The notes: generated by a model from the sequence alone, not told the origin. 64,000 nucleotides of DNA from Nitrospirota bacterium (GCA_963701855.1 CAVPBK010000006.1:1344001-1408000); one strand, 5' to 3'. Counted from the stretch's first letter, positions 18,159-27,559 are shown. Made by a program: numbers and translations.

Positions 18159-18915
18159 CGAGATGCAGGCTGAACGGATTGAACAATTGATCGGGGCCCT
18201 GCGGGACGACAATGATGCGCTCCGTGACCATGCAATTGCCAGTTTGAGTCAAGTGGGTGAGGAGGCGGTAGGGCCGCTGATCGGGCTGATGGCGGACGAA
18301 GATGTTCTGATTCGGGAAGCGGCGACCAGTGCCATCGTACGGATCGGTCCATCCGTCGTCGGTCCGTTGATCGAAGCGTTGGAGGACGATGAGTGGGCGA
18401 TTCGCGAGCAGGCTGCATCGGGATTGGGGAAGCTGAAGGATCCTCGGGGCGTCGATCCCCTCGTGAAGGCGCTCAAAGATAAAGACGGCGCAGTGCGAAC
18501 CGCCGCCGTGTGGGCGCTGGAGCGTGTCGGCGATGCGCGCGCCGTGCCTGGATTGGTTGAGGCGCTGACCGATCATACGGTGCATGAGGATGTGGCACGC
18601 GTGCTGAAGAAAATCGGCGATGCGCGCGCTGTGGACGCCTTGATCGATGGGTTGTTGGGTAGTAACTGGATGGTGCGGCGACATGCGGCTGAAGCCTTGG
18701 GTAAGATCGGCGATGCCCGCGGAGTCGGCCCGTTGATCGAGGCGCTCAAGGATGAAGACTGGCTTGTGCGGCGGAATGCCGCGGAGTCGCTCGCGCGGCT
18801 CGGGGCAAAGCAGGCCATCGACCCCTTGCTTCCGCTGCTTGAAGATGAGAATACGATGGTGCAGGAAACGGTCGAAGGTGTGTTGGCAAGTCTCGGATGG
18901 ATCGCGAAGCCGTAA
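18151..18915 (+). CDS. HEAT repeat protein 4
   Basis: ATG 18151 overlaps the upstream stop (ATGAGTGA); LKDEDWLVRRNAAESL repeats. Confidence 0.92.
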   Translation: MSDEMQAERIEQLIGALRDDNDALRDHAIASLSQVGEEAVGPLIGLMADEDVLIREAATSAIVRIGPSVVGPLIEALEDDEWAIREQAASGLGKLKDPRGVDPLVKALKDKDGAVRTAAVWALERVGDARAVPGLVEALTDHTVHEDVARVLKKIGDARAVDALIDGLLGSNWMVRRHAAEALGKIGDARGVGPLIEALKDEDWLVRRNAAESLARLGAKQAIDPLLPLLEDENTMVQETVEGVLASLGWIAKP

Positions 18916-18945
18916 TCTTTATTTCGATGCAAAAGGATATATCTC

Positions 18946-19656
18946 ATGGCGGATGAAGTTCCTCCAAAGCTTATTCAGATCGGTCCGAAGGGCGGCGCGA
19001 AGAAGGACGGATTCAATCTCGTCACGGAACGAGTCGTCGCGGTGAACCCTGAAGCGAAACAGCTCGAAGTCGAACTGTTGGCCTACGATGGGAAGACGGT
19101 CGTATTAGATGTGGATGACGAGGCGCTCGAAGAGCTGAAGCGCCTTAAGATAGGGGATGGCGCCACCATCCGTGTCGTCGAAGAAGGCGGGCGCCGGATC
19201 GCCAAAAGCATTCGGATTCGCGCGAAGGATCCCAATGCGGCGCGAGCCGATGCGATGCTTTTGGATCTCAAGGATAGCCATTGGCTCAACCGCAAGTATG
19301 CGGCTGAAGTGCTGGGTGAGCTGAGAGAGGTTCGCGCCATACAGCCGCTGGTCGATGCTTTGGCGGATGAAGTCGGTGATGTCCGGCAGCGCGCCTATGA
19401 TTCCTTGATCAAGATCGGCGGGCCGGCGGTGTCGGTGCTCGTGCCCTTGCTGGTGTCGGAGGAAGACGAAATCAGGCAATCTGTCACGGAAATTATCCGT
19501 AAAATCGGAAAGCCCGCTGTTGAGCCGCTGGCCACGGCGCTCGCCGAGGCCGACGACCGTCTGAAGACGAGGGTGATGAAGGTGTTGGACCGGATGGGCT
19601 ACAAGCCGAAAGTCAAAGATGAGGGCAAGGCTGTTGACGTGCCGCGACTCGCGTAA
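18946..19656 (+). CDS. HEAT repeat protein 5 with N-terminal small beta-barrel (OB-like) domain
   Basis: RVVAVNP...LKIGDGATIRV...IAKSIRI, followed by HEAT repeats. Confidence 0.85.
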   Translation: MADEVPPKLIQIGPKGGAKKDGFNLVTERVVAVNPEAKQLEVELLAYDGKTVVLDVDDEALEELKRLKIGDGATIRVVEEGGRRIAKSIRIRAKDPNAARADAMLLDLKDSHWLNRKYAAEVLGELREVRAIQPLVDALADEVGDVRQRAYDSLIKIGGPAVSVLVPLLVSEEDEIRQSVTEIIRKIGKPAVEPLATALAEADDRLKTRVMKVLDRMGYKPKVKDEGKAVDVPRLA

Positions 19657-19857
19657 CAGGCTGCGGAAAAACTAGTTTAGCATGCGAGACCTTCGTTGGT
19701 CTGCATGTCTGGCACAACAGGAATACCTTTCGCAAGATGCTCAAAAAGGCCATCCGGCAAGGCCGTAGCGAGTGAAGGGCCGAAGCGTATCCTCTGGGAT
19801 ACGTTGAGGGTCTGAACGATGCGAGCACGCTGCTGGCAGACGTTTTCAGATTCCTGC
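19654..19857 (-). mobile_element. Family 1 MITE-like element, copy D (reverse orientation)
   Basis: TAACAGGCTGCGGAAAAA, 60 nt, then GCAAGATGCTCAAAAAGG...TTTTCAGATTCCTGC; core is the reverse complement of the copy A type. Confidence 0.8.
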
Positions 19858-19868
19858 TAATGCCGCTG

Positions 19869-21194
19869 TTACTTCGCCTGGGAAGGAGATTTACTCGGTC
19901 TCCCGACCGAAATGTGACGGAAGCCAAAGGCTGCGACCCGGTCTGGTTCATAGACGTTGCGCAAGTCGAAAAAGATGGACTGGCGCAATGCGGCTTTCAG
20001 TCTGTCGAAGTCGAGGGTTCGGAACTGGTTCCATTCGGTCATGAGGATGAGCGCGTCGGCTCCCTGTGCCGACTCATAGGCGTCTTTGCAGGGAACGAGG
20101 CCCGACACGATCTGGCAGGCTTCTTCGAGCGCGGCGGGGTCATAGGCGCGAACTGTTGCGCCCTGGTTTATGAGTTCTTGCGCGATCGCCAGGGCCGGCG
20201 CATCCCGCAGGTCGTTCGTATTGGGTTTGAAGGACAGGCCCAACATCGCGAACGTCTTCCCCTTGAGTCCCCCAACCTCTTTCGTGATCTTTTCAATCAT
20301 CCGGACGCGTTGCTGTTCGTTAATAAGGGCGGCGGCGCCGGCGATTTGCATGGGATAGCCAACTCGCTCCCCCGTCTGTACAAGGGCGGCCAGATCTTTC
20401 GGAAAGCACGATCCGCCGAACCCCGGTCCTGCGTGGAGAAACTTCGATCCAATCCGGTTGTCGAGTCCCATGCCTTTCGCCACCATCTGCACGTCGGCGC
20501 CGACCCGTTCACAAACTGTCGCGATTTCGTTGATGAACGAAATTTTTGTGGCAAGGAAGGCATTAGAGGCATATTTGATCATCTCGGCAGTTGGGATGTC
20601 GGTCACAACAAACGGAGTTTCGATGAGGTATAGCGGACGATAGAGATCTTTCATGATGGCAATCGCTTGGTCGCTGTCTGCGCCTATGACGACCCGGTTC
20701 GGTCGCATGAAATCTTCGATGGCGGACCCTTCACGAAGAAACTCCGGATTAGAAACGATGTCGAATCGGAACTTGCCTGATTGATTGGCGTTGATCACTT
20801 CACGCAGTTTTGTCCCTGTTCCAACCGGAACAGTCGACTTGGTGACGATGACCTTATATCCGGTCATCGTTTTGGCGATGCCACGGCCGACTTCTTCTAC
20901 GTATGAGAGATCGGCAGATCCGTCAGGGCTCGGTGGGGTTCCAACCGCGATGAAGATGACCAGGGCCTTGTCGACGGCTTTAGCGATGTCGGTGGTAAAG
21001 CTGATCCGGTTCTCCCTGATTCCTTTGGCGACGAGCTCTGTGATCCCCGGTTCGTAGAATGGCACATCACCCTTCTCAAGCCTGGCGATCCGTTTGGCGT
21101 CGGTATCCATGCAGGTCACGTTGACCCCGAATTCCGAAAAGCAGGCACCTGTTACTAGCCCGACATAGCCGGTTCCGATCACACTGATATTCAT
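19869..21194 (-). CDS. ugd: UDP-glucose 6-dehydrogenase
   Basis: IGTGYVGL, KSTVPVGT, NPEFLREG, GFGGSCFPKD, FKPNTND.R. Confidence 0.95.
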   Translation of the reverse strand: MNISVIGTGYVGLVTGACFSEFGVNVTCMDTDAKRIARLEKGDVPFYEPGITELVAKGIRENRISFTTDIAKAVDKALVIFIAVGTPPSPDGSADLSYVEEVGRGIAKTMTGYKVIVTKSTVPVGTGTKLREVINANQSGKFRFDIVSNPEFLREGSAIEDFMRPNRVVIGADSDQAIAIMKDLYRPLYLIETPFVVTDIPTAEMIKYASNAFLATKISFINEIATVCERVGADVQMVAKGMGLDNRIGSKFLHAGPGFGGSCFPKDLAALVQTGERVGYPMQIAGAAALINEQQRVRMIEKITKEVGGLKGKTFAMLGLSFKPNTNDLRDAPALAIAQELINQGATVRAYDPAALEEACQIVSGLVPCKDAYESAQGADALILMTEWNQFRTLDFDRLKAALRQSIFFDLRNVYEPDRVAAFGFRHISVGRPSKSPSQAK

Positions 21195-21311
21195 GGGCCG
21201 CTATCCTCCTAAAGCTAAGAACGACTTGGCCGAGTATAGCAATGGTACCGGGGGTGAGCAACGAAGTTTTGGAAAGCCATATTCACAGGGAGAAATTACC
21301 CGGGCCGCTCG

Positions 21312-21340
21312 TTGACAGGTGTGCAAGGGCTGGGTACTAT
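21312..21340 (+). promoter_or_regulatory. sigma70 promoter for the CBS gene
   Basis: TTGACA-17 nt-TACTAT. Confidence 0.65.
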
Positions 21341-21370
21341 TTGCTCCCTTCATCGGACGGATTCTATCGT

Positions 21371-21781
21371 ATGGTGATTCAGAGCACACCTCTTCAGCGG
21401 CCTCTTGCCGTAATGATGCGCCGGACCTTGCGCATGATTAGCCCAGACACAACGTTGTTTGAGGCAGCCAAGCTCATGCGTGACGCGAGGGTCGGCGCTT
21501 TGTTGGTGGAAGAGGCCGGTCGCTATAGTGGCATCGTCAGCGAATCGGACTTGGTTCGCAAGGGGATGGCCGAATCATGCCCGGCGCACGAGACGTCGGT
21601 TCGTGCCGTCATGAGCAGCCCGCTGCTGTCGATTGAGATTACAAGCTCGGCCCACGAGGCGAGTGAGAAGATGGCGGAACATGGGATTCGGCATCTGGCA
21701 ATCTCGGAGGAGGGGCAGATCGTCGGGATGATCTCCGTCCGAGACCTCTTACGCTATTTCAAAAACTGGGGCGGTTTGTGA
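21371..21781 (+). CDS. CBS-domain pair protein
   Basis: EAAKLM...GIVSESDL; VMSSP...IRHL...GMISVRDL. ATG 21371 chosen because it lies downstream of the promoter. Confidence 0.88.
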   Translation: MVIQSTPLQRPLAVMMRRTLRMISPDTTLFEAAKLMRDARVGALLVEEAGRYSGIVSESDLVRKGMAESCPAHETSVRAVMSSPLLSIEITSSAHEASEKMAEHGIRHLAISEEGQIVGMISVRDLLRYFKNWGGL

Positions 21782-21824
21782 CTCTGTGGGCTCGTGAGGC
21801 AGTACCAGATCGTTTCCCTACTCT

Positions 21825-23414
21825 GTGTCATGTTTCCGCATGGGTTTCGTGAACCGGCCAGCTCATATCCCTCAGTGGTTTCTGCTGATAACGGCGCTGG
21901 CGACCGGTGCGGTGGTGATGGCGCTCGAGATTGTGGGAAGCCGGCTCCTGGCTCCTGTCTTTGGAAACTCCCTGTTTGTCTGGGGCGCATTAATCGGAGT
22001 GATTCTTGCGGCCATGAGCAGCGGGTATGCGTTTGGAGGCTGGCTCTCGGACCGGCGTCCTGGCGCGCAGGTGTTGGCCGGTCTGCTCCTGTTCTCCGGA
22101 GCCTGGACCTTTCTGATCGCGTGGCTGGGCCAGCCGGTGCTTTTTAAGGTGGCGGGAATCATTGAGGACCCTCGGTGGGGACCCTGTGTCGCTGCGGCAC
22201 TGCTCCTGGGTCCGCCGGCTTTCGGTTTGAGCGGCGTGCTGCCGGCCCTATTGCGATTGGCCGTGTTGGATCTTGAGTATTTCGGCCGGCATACCGGTCG
22301 AATGATCGCGCTCTCGACTATGGGGAGCTTGGCGGGAACGTGGGGGACGGCATTTTTCTTTTTGTCCTGGGTCGGCAGCCAGGCGCTTGTTGCGTGGCTC
22401 GGCGCCATTCAAGTGGGGCTTGGTCTCTGGTGGTTGATCGGCAGGACATCCGTGCGGCCCTTGGTGATCGGTGTGCTTTTCTTATGTGTTGGAGGCCTGG
22501 GGGCTGGTGCGTGGTTTCCGATCCAGACGTTGAAAGATCCTGTTTATCAGGAAGACAGCCCGTACCAGCAAGTACGAATTCGCGATGACGATCTGTTTCG
22601 CTATCTTGTCTTGGACCGGACATTCCACGCAGTCATGTGGAAGGTGGATCCTGTCGCCCTATTTCTCCCCTACAGTCAACTGATGGTCGCGTCGCTGGCG
22701 TTGGTGCCAGAACCGAAACAGGGTCTGATCCTCGGCCATGGAGGCGGATCGCTGGCAAAGTGGCTTGCCCATCGATGGCCTGAACTCGAGCTGGACGTGG
22801 TTGAGTTTGATCCCACGGTCGTCCGCATGGCTGAAGAATATTTCTTCTATCAGCCGCCACCCCAGCATCATGTGCACGTCCGGGATGCTCGGGTCTTTCT
22901 GAATTCCACGGGGCAGAGGTACGATCTTATTTGGGTCGATGCGTTTGCCCGACACATGATTCCGTTTCACCTGACCACGGCGGAGTTCTTTGCGGAGCTG
23001 CGCGCCCATCTTGCACCGAACGGCATCCTGGCCGTGAATTTGGCCTCGTCGGGCGAAGGTGGAGATCTGTTGCGGGCCAATGCGGTCGTGCAGACGATGA
23101 GACGATCGTTTCCCCACATTGAGTCCTTTGCGGTCAAGGGGCCCTGGACGTCTTCTCAGGTGCGATCGGAGAATCTGATTTTTTTTGCCGGTGCGCCGCT
23201 CGAACGGCACATGTTTACGACTATTGTGGCGAATGCGAACAGATTGGTTGAGCAGCAGCGTCTTCCCTTCGAGACCATTGCCTTGTTGACTGCCCATCGG
23301 ACGCAACCCTGGGAGGCTGGTGTCGTCTTGACCGACAACTATGCGCCGTACGATCTCTTGATCGGATCCACGGCTCAAGAGGCGCAACCTGAGGCGGATA
23401 AACGATTGAAGTAA
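21825..23414 (+). CDS. Fused membrane domain/spermidine synthase-like methyltransferase
   Basis: MALEIVGSRLLAPVFG TM region; DSPYQ, LILGHGGG, VEFDP, DAF, LTDNYAP. Start may be 21840. Confidence 0.88.
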   Translation: MSCFRMGFVNRPAHIPQWFLLITALATGAVVMALEIVGSRLLAPVFGNSLFVWGALIGVILAAMSSGYAFGGWLSDRRPGAQVLAGLLLFSGAWTFLIAWLGQPVLFKVAGIIEDPRWGPCVAAALLLGPPAFGLSGVLPALLRLAVLDLEYFGRHTGRMIALSTMGSLAGTWGTAFFFLSWVGSQALVAWLGAIQVGLGLWWLIGRTSVRPLVIGVLFLCVGGLGAGAWFPIQTLKDPVYQEDSPYQQVRIRDDDLFRYLVLDRTFHAVMWKVDPVALFLPYSQLMVASLALVPEPKQGLILGHGGGSLAKWLAHRWPELELDVVEFDPTVVRMAEEYFFYQPPPQHHVHVRDARVFLNSTGQRYDLIWVDAFARHMIPFHLTTAEFFAELRAHLAPNGILAVNLASSGEGGDLLRANAVVQTMRRSFPHIESFAVKGPWTSSQVRSENLIFFAGAPLERHMFTTIVANANRLVEQQRLPFETIALLTAHRTQPWEAGVVLTDNYAPYDLLIGSTAQEAQPEADKRLK

Positions 23415-23675
23415 CTCTGAAGAGTTTGTTAGTGTAGCGTGGCCACAGTACAGGTGGTCCCGGAAAAGATCCAGAATAACGCTCTTGCTTCCGATTTCGT
23501 TGCGGTGCTATTTATAAGACCACACTCGAAGCGCAGCCATGCTGTGTGGGTATGGATGGGGAAACTCAAGGTATAAAGGTATAATAGTGGTCGGCGAGAT
23601 CAGGGTTCACGGAGCTTGGCGGAGGTATTCACCAACCTAATCGTATCTCTTCTTCTTTCTATAAGGAGGTAGGTC

Positions 23676-24155
23676 ATGGGTAAGACGGTGTTGAGGGTCT
23701 TCTTCGGCCTCATGATGGTTGTGGTTGGGGCGTCGACAGCATTTGCGCTCCAGGCAGGCGGAGTCGAAGTCGGGGATTTGGAGACTGGCTCCGTTGTGGG
23801 GCAGTCGTTCAAGGAATTGGATGTTGATGCCCAACTGTTCGCGGTCGAGATAGGGGACCTCAAGACGTGGTATCCGCCTATTACCATCCTCGATTTCAAA
23901 GTTCGCCCTGGTCGTCCAGTCTTGCTCAAGGTGACGAATAAATCTACGGCCGAGCATGGATTCCAGATGACGGATGCCACGAACGCTGGTTCACCGTTTG
24001 TCATGAAAGCGGAAGTGGTCTTGAAGCCTGGTGAAACGAAGTACATTGGGATTCCCACCAGCGATATGTTCTATGCGACCCAGGGGAATACACTGACCTA
24101 TCGCTGCCATTTGCATCCGGGACATGTCGGCGGCAAGATTCTTATGCTCAAGTAA
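23676..24155 (+). CDS. Periplasmic cupredoxin, nitrosocyanin-like
   Basis: TAAGGAGGT RBS, signal peptide (AFA|LQ), VTNKSTAEHGF...LKPGETK...YRCHLHPGHVGG. Confidence 0.8.
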   Translation: MGKTVLRVFFGLMMVVVGASTAFALQAGGVEVGDLETGSVVGQSFKELDVDAQLFAVEIGDLKTWYPPITILDFKVRPGRPVLLKVTNKSTAEHGFQMTDATNAGSPFVMKAEVVLKPGETKYIGIPTSDMFYATQGNTLTYRCHLHPGHVGGKILMLK

Positions 24156-24178
24156 CAGTTCTTGGAAGATGTGAGTGT

Positions 24179-24223
24179 CCACCGCCCTCTCCGCGATACC
24201 GTGGAGAGGGCGGTGGCTTTTTT
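24179..24223 (+). terminator. Rho-independent terminator
   Basis: CCACCGCCCTCTCC...GGAGAGGGCGGTGG 14-bp stem followed by T6. Confidence 0.9.
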
Positions 24224-24301
24224 AGTAGGACGCGAGAAGCAGGAAGGCCCCGCCTCTCGCAAGAAAAGCAGGGCCTTCTTGCTTGAACGAGGAACGGATG
24301 A

Positions 24302-24767
<466 letters not shown>

Positions 24768-24852
24768 CAGAGGGGCACTTGCTCAGAAGGCCCAGATTCC
24801 CTGTGTTAATGGGCCTTTGGGCCCAGGGGTTCGTAATGAGTCGTGACGGAGA

Positions 24853-25353
24853 ATGTCTATGGCTACCTTGCCGGCAAGTGATCGGGGGCAGAAAAAGAAG
24901 CGCATTGTCACGCTCGCTCTCATGGCGATTTTCTTGATGAGCGCTTCATTCTTTCTCATCGATCGAAAAGAGGAAACCATCATTGTCGTCTCCTTTCCGA
25001 ACGGTCGTGAGCTCGAGGCGGAAGTGGCGGACACACCGGAGAAGTTGCTCGTCGGTCTTGCCTTTCGAGAGGCGTTGCCGGTGAATGGTGGATTGCTGTA
25101 TATCTTCGAGTCAACTGGCCAGAATCACCTCTGGACGAAGGAGTATCGGTTTCCGGTGGACATGATGTGGGTTGATGAAAGTCATCATATTGTTGGGTTG
25201 AAAGAAAATGTCGCTCCCTGCCTGGAAGCTGATTGCCCCAAGTATAGTTCCTCTCCCGAAGCGGTCCGCTATGCGATTCAAACAGAAGCGGGTTTCATCA
25301 AGCGGGAAGGGGTTACCATCGGGCTGGAGTTGAAATATACGCTTCGGATGTAA
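24853..25353 (+). CDS. DUF192 family protein
   Basis: AEVADTPE...GL.FRE.L...GLLYIF...WTK...FPVDM. Confidence 0.85.
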   Translation: MSMATLPASDRGQKKKRIVTLALMAIFLMSASFFLIDRKEETIIVVSFPNGRELEAEVADTPEKLLVGLAFREALPVNGGLLYIFESTGQNHLWTKEYRFPVDMMWVDESHHIVGLKENVAPCLEADCPKYSSSPEAVRYAIQTEAGFIKREGVTIGLELKYTLRM

Positions 25354-25402
25354 TGCGTGTTGGAGATTTTTCGAGATGCATGAGGAGAGGAGTCGGTGTA
25401 GC

Positions 25403-25723
25403 ATGCTAGAGGGGTTTCAATCTGTTGCCTTGGTCGCTGAGCTGCCACCCGGGACATCAAAAGCCGTCATGGTAAATAATCGGGAAATCGCGCTCTTCAA
25501 TATTGAAGGGAAGTATTTTGCGATTCATAATCTTTGCCCCCATGAAGGCGGTCCTTTGTGTGAAGGGCGCGTGAAGGGCTTTGTCGTAGCCTGTCCATGG
25601 CATGATTTGGCATTTGATGTTCGTAACGGGCGAGGGACGGACGGTGGTGGATATTGTGTAGGGAGTTATGATGTGCAGGTGGAAGGAGCGGAGATTTTTG
25701 TCGGGCCTCGGCGAAAATCGTAG
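25403..25723 (+). CDS. Small Rieske [2Fe-2S] ferredoxin
   Basis: CPHEGGPL...CPWH motifs. Confidence 0.9.
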   Translation: MLEGFQSVALVAELPPGTSKAVMVNNREIALFNIEGKYFAIHNLCPHEGGPLCEGRVKGFVVACPWHDLAFDVRNGRGTDGGGYCVGSYDVQVEGAEIFVGPRRKS

Positions 25724-25763
25724 CACGAACAAGTAAATCATAAGGAACGGGCTGCTGTGCCTA

Positions 25764-26123
25764 ATGACGATGAGTACGACACCTAGTCACGACCATGATG
25801 GCGCCACACAAGATGGGACCAAGGTCATTGAGACGACTCTTGAGCATCCCATACAGATTCATCTCTGGGAAGACAGGACCAGAGGGGAACTCTGGGTTCC
25901 GACCTATGACCCTACGGGTCTCGAGTTGCTGGCCGACGACTATCTTCGCATCGCCGGGAATAACGCGGTCGATAATGGGCAGCGGACTTTCGAGTTTAAA
26001 GCAGTTAAGCCGGGAACCCATCGGGTGCTGTTTGAAAAACGCATGGGGTGGAAATTCACCGCCGAAGATCGGCGCGTCTTCGACGTGATTGCCTCTGATG
26101 TTTCGTCTCGGAGAAGTGCGTAA
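25764..26123 (+). CDS. Protease inhibitor I42 (chagasin)-like protein
   Basis: I.L.E..T.G..W...GQRTFEFKAVKPG...F...W pattern. Confidence 0.65.
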   Translation: MTMSTTPSHDHDGATQDGTKVIETTLEHPIQIHLWEDRTRGELWVPTYDPTGLELLADDYLRIAGNNAVDNGQRTFEFKAVKPGTHRVLFEKRMGWKFTAEDRRVFDVIASDVSSRRSA

Positions 26124-26125
26124 TC

Positions 26126-26965
26126 GTGCCGAATGTGGCTTTCATTAACGGAGCATTCGTGCCGCTGGCCGAGGCGAAAGTTTCGATCGAAGATCGAGGC
26201 TTTCAGTTTGGCGACGGTGTCTATGAAGTGATCCGTACGTACAAGGGGCATCCCTTCTCACTCGATGCCCATTTGGCCCGACTGGATCGTAGCGCTGCAG
26301 CGCTTGAACTGACGCAGCCGTATTCTCGCGCCGAGTGGACGTGCCATGTCATGGAAGGGGTTAAACGGGCCGCCTATCCTGAAGCCAAAATCTATATTCA
26401 GATCACCAGGGGTGTCGCTCCTCGTGATCACGCCTTCTCGGATGACGTAACGCCGACGGTCGTCATGACGGTTCGTGAGTTTCACCCGCTCGACCGGTTG
26501 ATACAAGCGACCGGTGTGGAAGCGATGACGACCGAGGATATTCGATGGGGGCGCTGTGACATCAAGAGCGTGAATCTGTTGGCTAACGTGCTAGCACGTC
26601 AACAAGTAAAGCGGGCTCGTGTCTTCGAGGCCATATTAATCAACGCGGGATTGGTCACTGAAGGGGCGGTTAGCAACGTGATGGTGGTCCAGGGGGGAAC
26701 GGTGGTGACGGCTCCCGAAGGGCCGCGCATTCTGTCCGGGATCACAAGGGCCGTCGTGTTGGATTTGGCTCTGAGCGAGGGTCTGTCGTTTCAGGAACGC
26801 TTTGTCTCTCAGGCAGATCTCCATGAGGCTGACGAAGTATTTCTCACAGGGACCACAGTCGAGGTCTTGGCCGTCATCCGCATAGATGGGAAAATCATTG
26901 GAGATGGACGGCCTGGTCCGATTACCCAACGACTCGCCGCGAGTTTCACGAGTCTGGTCGGCTAG
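26126..26965 (+). CDS. dat: D-amino acid aminotransferase (class IV)
   Basis: DRGFQFGDGVYE, QITRGVAPRDH, RWGRCDIKS.NLL.N, ILSGITR. Confidence 0.88.
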   Translation: MPNVAFINGAFVPLAEAKVSIEDRGFQFGDGVYEVIRTYKGHPFSLDAHLARLDRSAAALELTQPYSRAEWTCHVMEGVKRAAYPEAKIYIQITRGVAPRDHAFSDDVTPTVVMTVREFHPLDRLIQATGVEAMTTEDIRWGRCDIKSVNLLANVLARQQVKRARVFEAILINAGLVTEGAVSNVMVVQGGTVVTAPEGPRILSGITRAVVLDLALSEGLSFQERFVSQADLHEADEVFLTGTTVEVLAVIRIDGKIIGDGRPGPITQRLAASFTSLVG

Positions 26966-26969
26966 CCCC

Positions 26970-26998
26970 TTGCTTTGGTATAGGTGGCGTGCTATGGT
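26970..26998 (+). promoter_or_regulatory. sigma70 promoter of the rimP-nusA-infB operon
   Basis: TTGCTT-17 nt-TATGGT with extended -10 TG. Confidence 0.55.
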
Positions 26999-27009
26999 CC
27001 TCGGACTGG

Positions 27010-27037
27010 AAGTGGGCTCAGGCCCACTTTTTTGTTT
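27010..27037 (+). promoter_or_regulatory. rimP leader hairpin (attenuator-like)
   Basis: AAGTGGGC-TCAG-GCCCACTT followed by a U-tract, between the promoter and rimP. Confidence 0.75.
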
Positions 27038-27076
27038 GATCTCTTGAATGGACCATCCAAAGATACGGGGCCAGGG

Positions 27077-27559
27077 GTGTCGGTGAAGGAGTCCCGACCG
27101 GTCGTTGATCGCATCAGCGAAGTGGTGTCGCCCATCCTCTGGGCATTGGGCTTAGAATTGGTCGACGTCGTGTGTGTGGGGCAAGGTGCGCGGTCAGTCG
27201 TACGTGTGTATATCGATAAGACAGGCGGCGTCACAGTAGATGATTGTGGGCGTGCACACCTCGGGATCGGTCCAGCCTTGGATGTGGCCGATCCATTCCC
27301 CCATGCCTATACGCTGGAAGTTTCCTCGCCGGGTCTGGATCGGGCCTTCAAACGGATTCAGGATTATCGCCGAGCATTGGGGAAACCAGTGAGCGTGAAG
27401 CTCCGGCAACCGATCGAGGGACAGTGGCGTGTGGTCGGTGTGCTGACGGAAGTAAATGAACAAGGAGTCACGGTTGAGGTGAACGATCAACGTTCCGAGC
27501 AGACGCGTATCCTTAAGTTCGACTCAATCGCTGAAACCCGGCTCGTCATCAGGTTTTAG
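27077..27559 (+). CDS. rimP: Ribosome maturation factor RimP
   Basis: RVYIDK.GGVTVDDC, YTLEVSSPGLDR. Start uncertain (27044, 27077 or 27083). Confidence 0.92.
   Translation: MSVKESRPVVDRISEVVSPILWALGLELVDVVCVGQGARSVVRVYIDKTGGVTVDDCGRAHLGIGPALDVADPFPHAYTLEVSSPGLDRAFKRIQDYRRALGKPVSVKLRQPIEGQWRVVGVLTEVNEQGVTVEVNDQRSEQTRILKFDSIAETRLVIRF

Noticed and set aside
14198..19656. HEAT proteins as phycobilin lyases or DOHH
   Set aside because: There are no phycobiliprotein genes in the window and no paired HE motifs. The repeat type alone does not give function.
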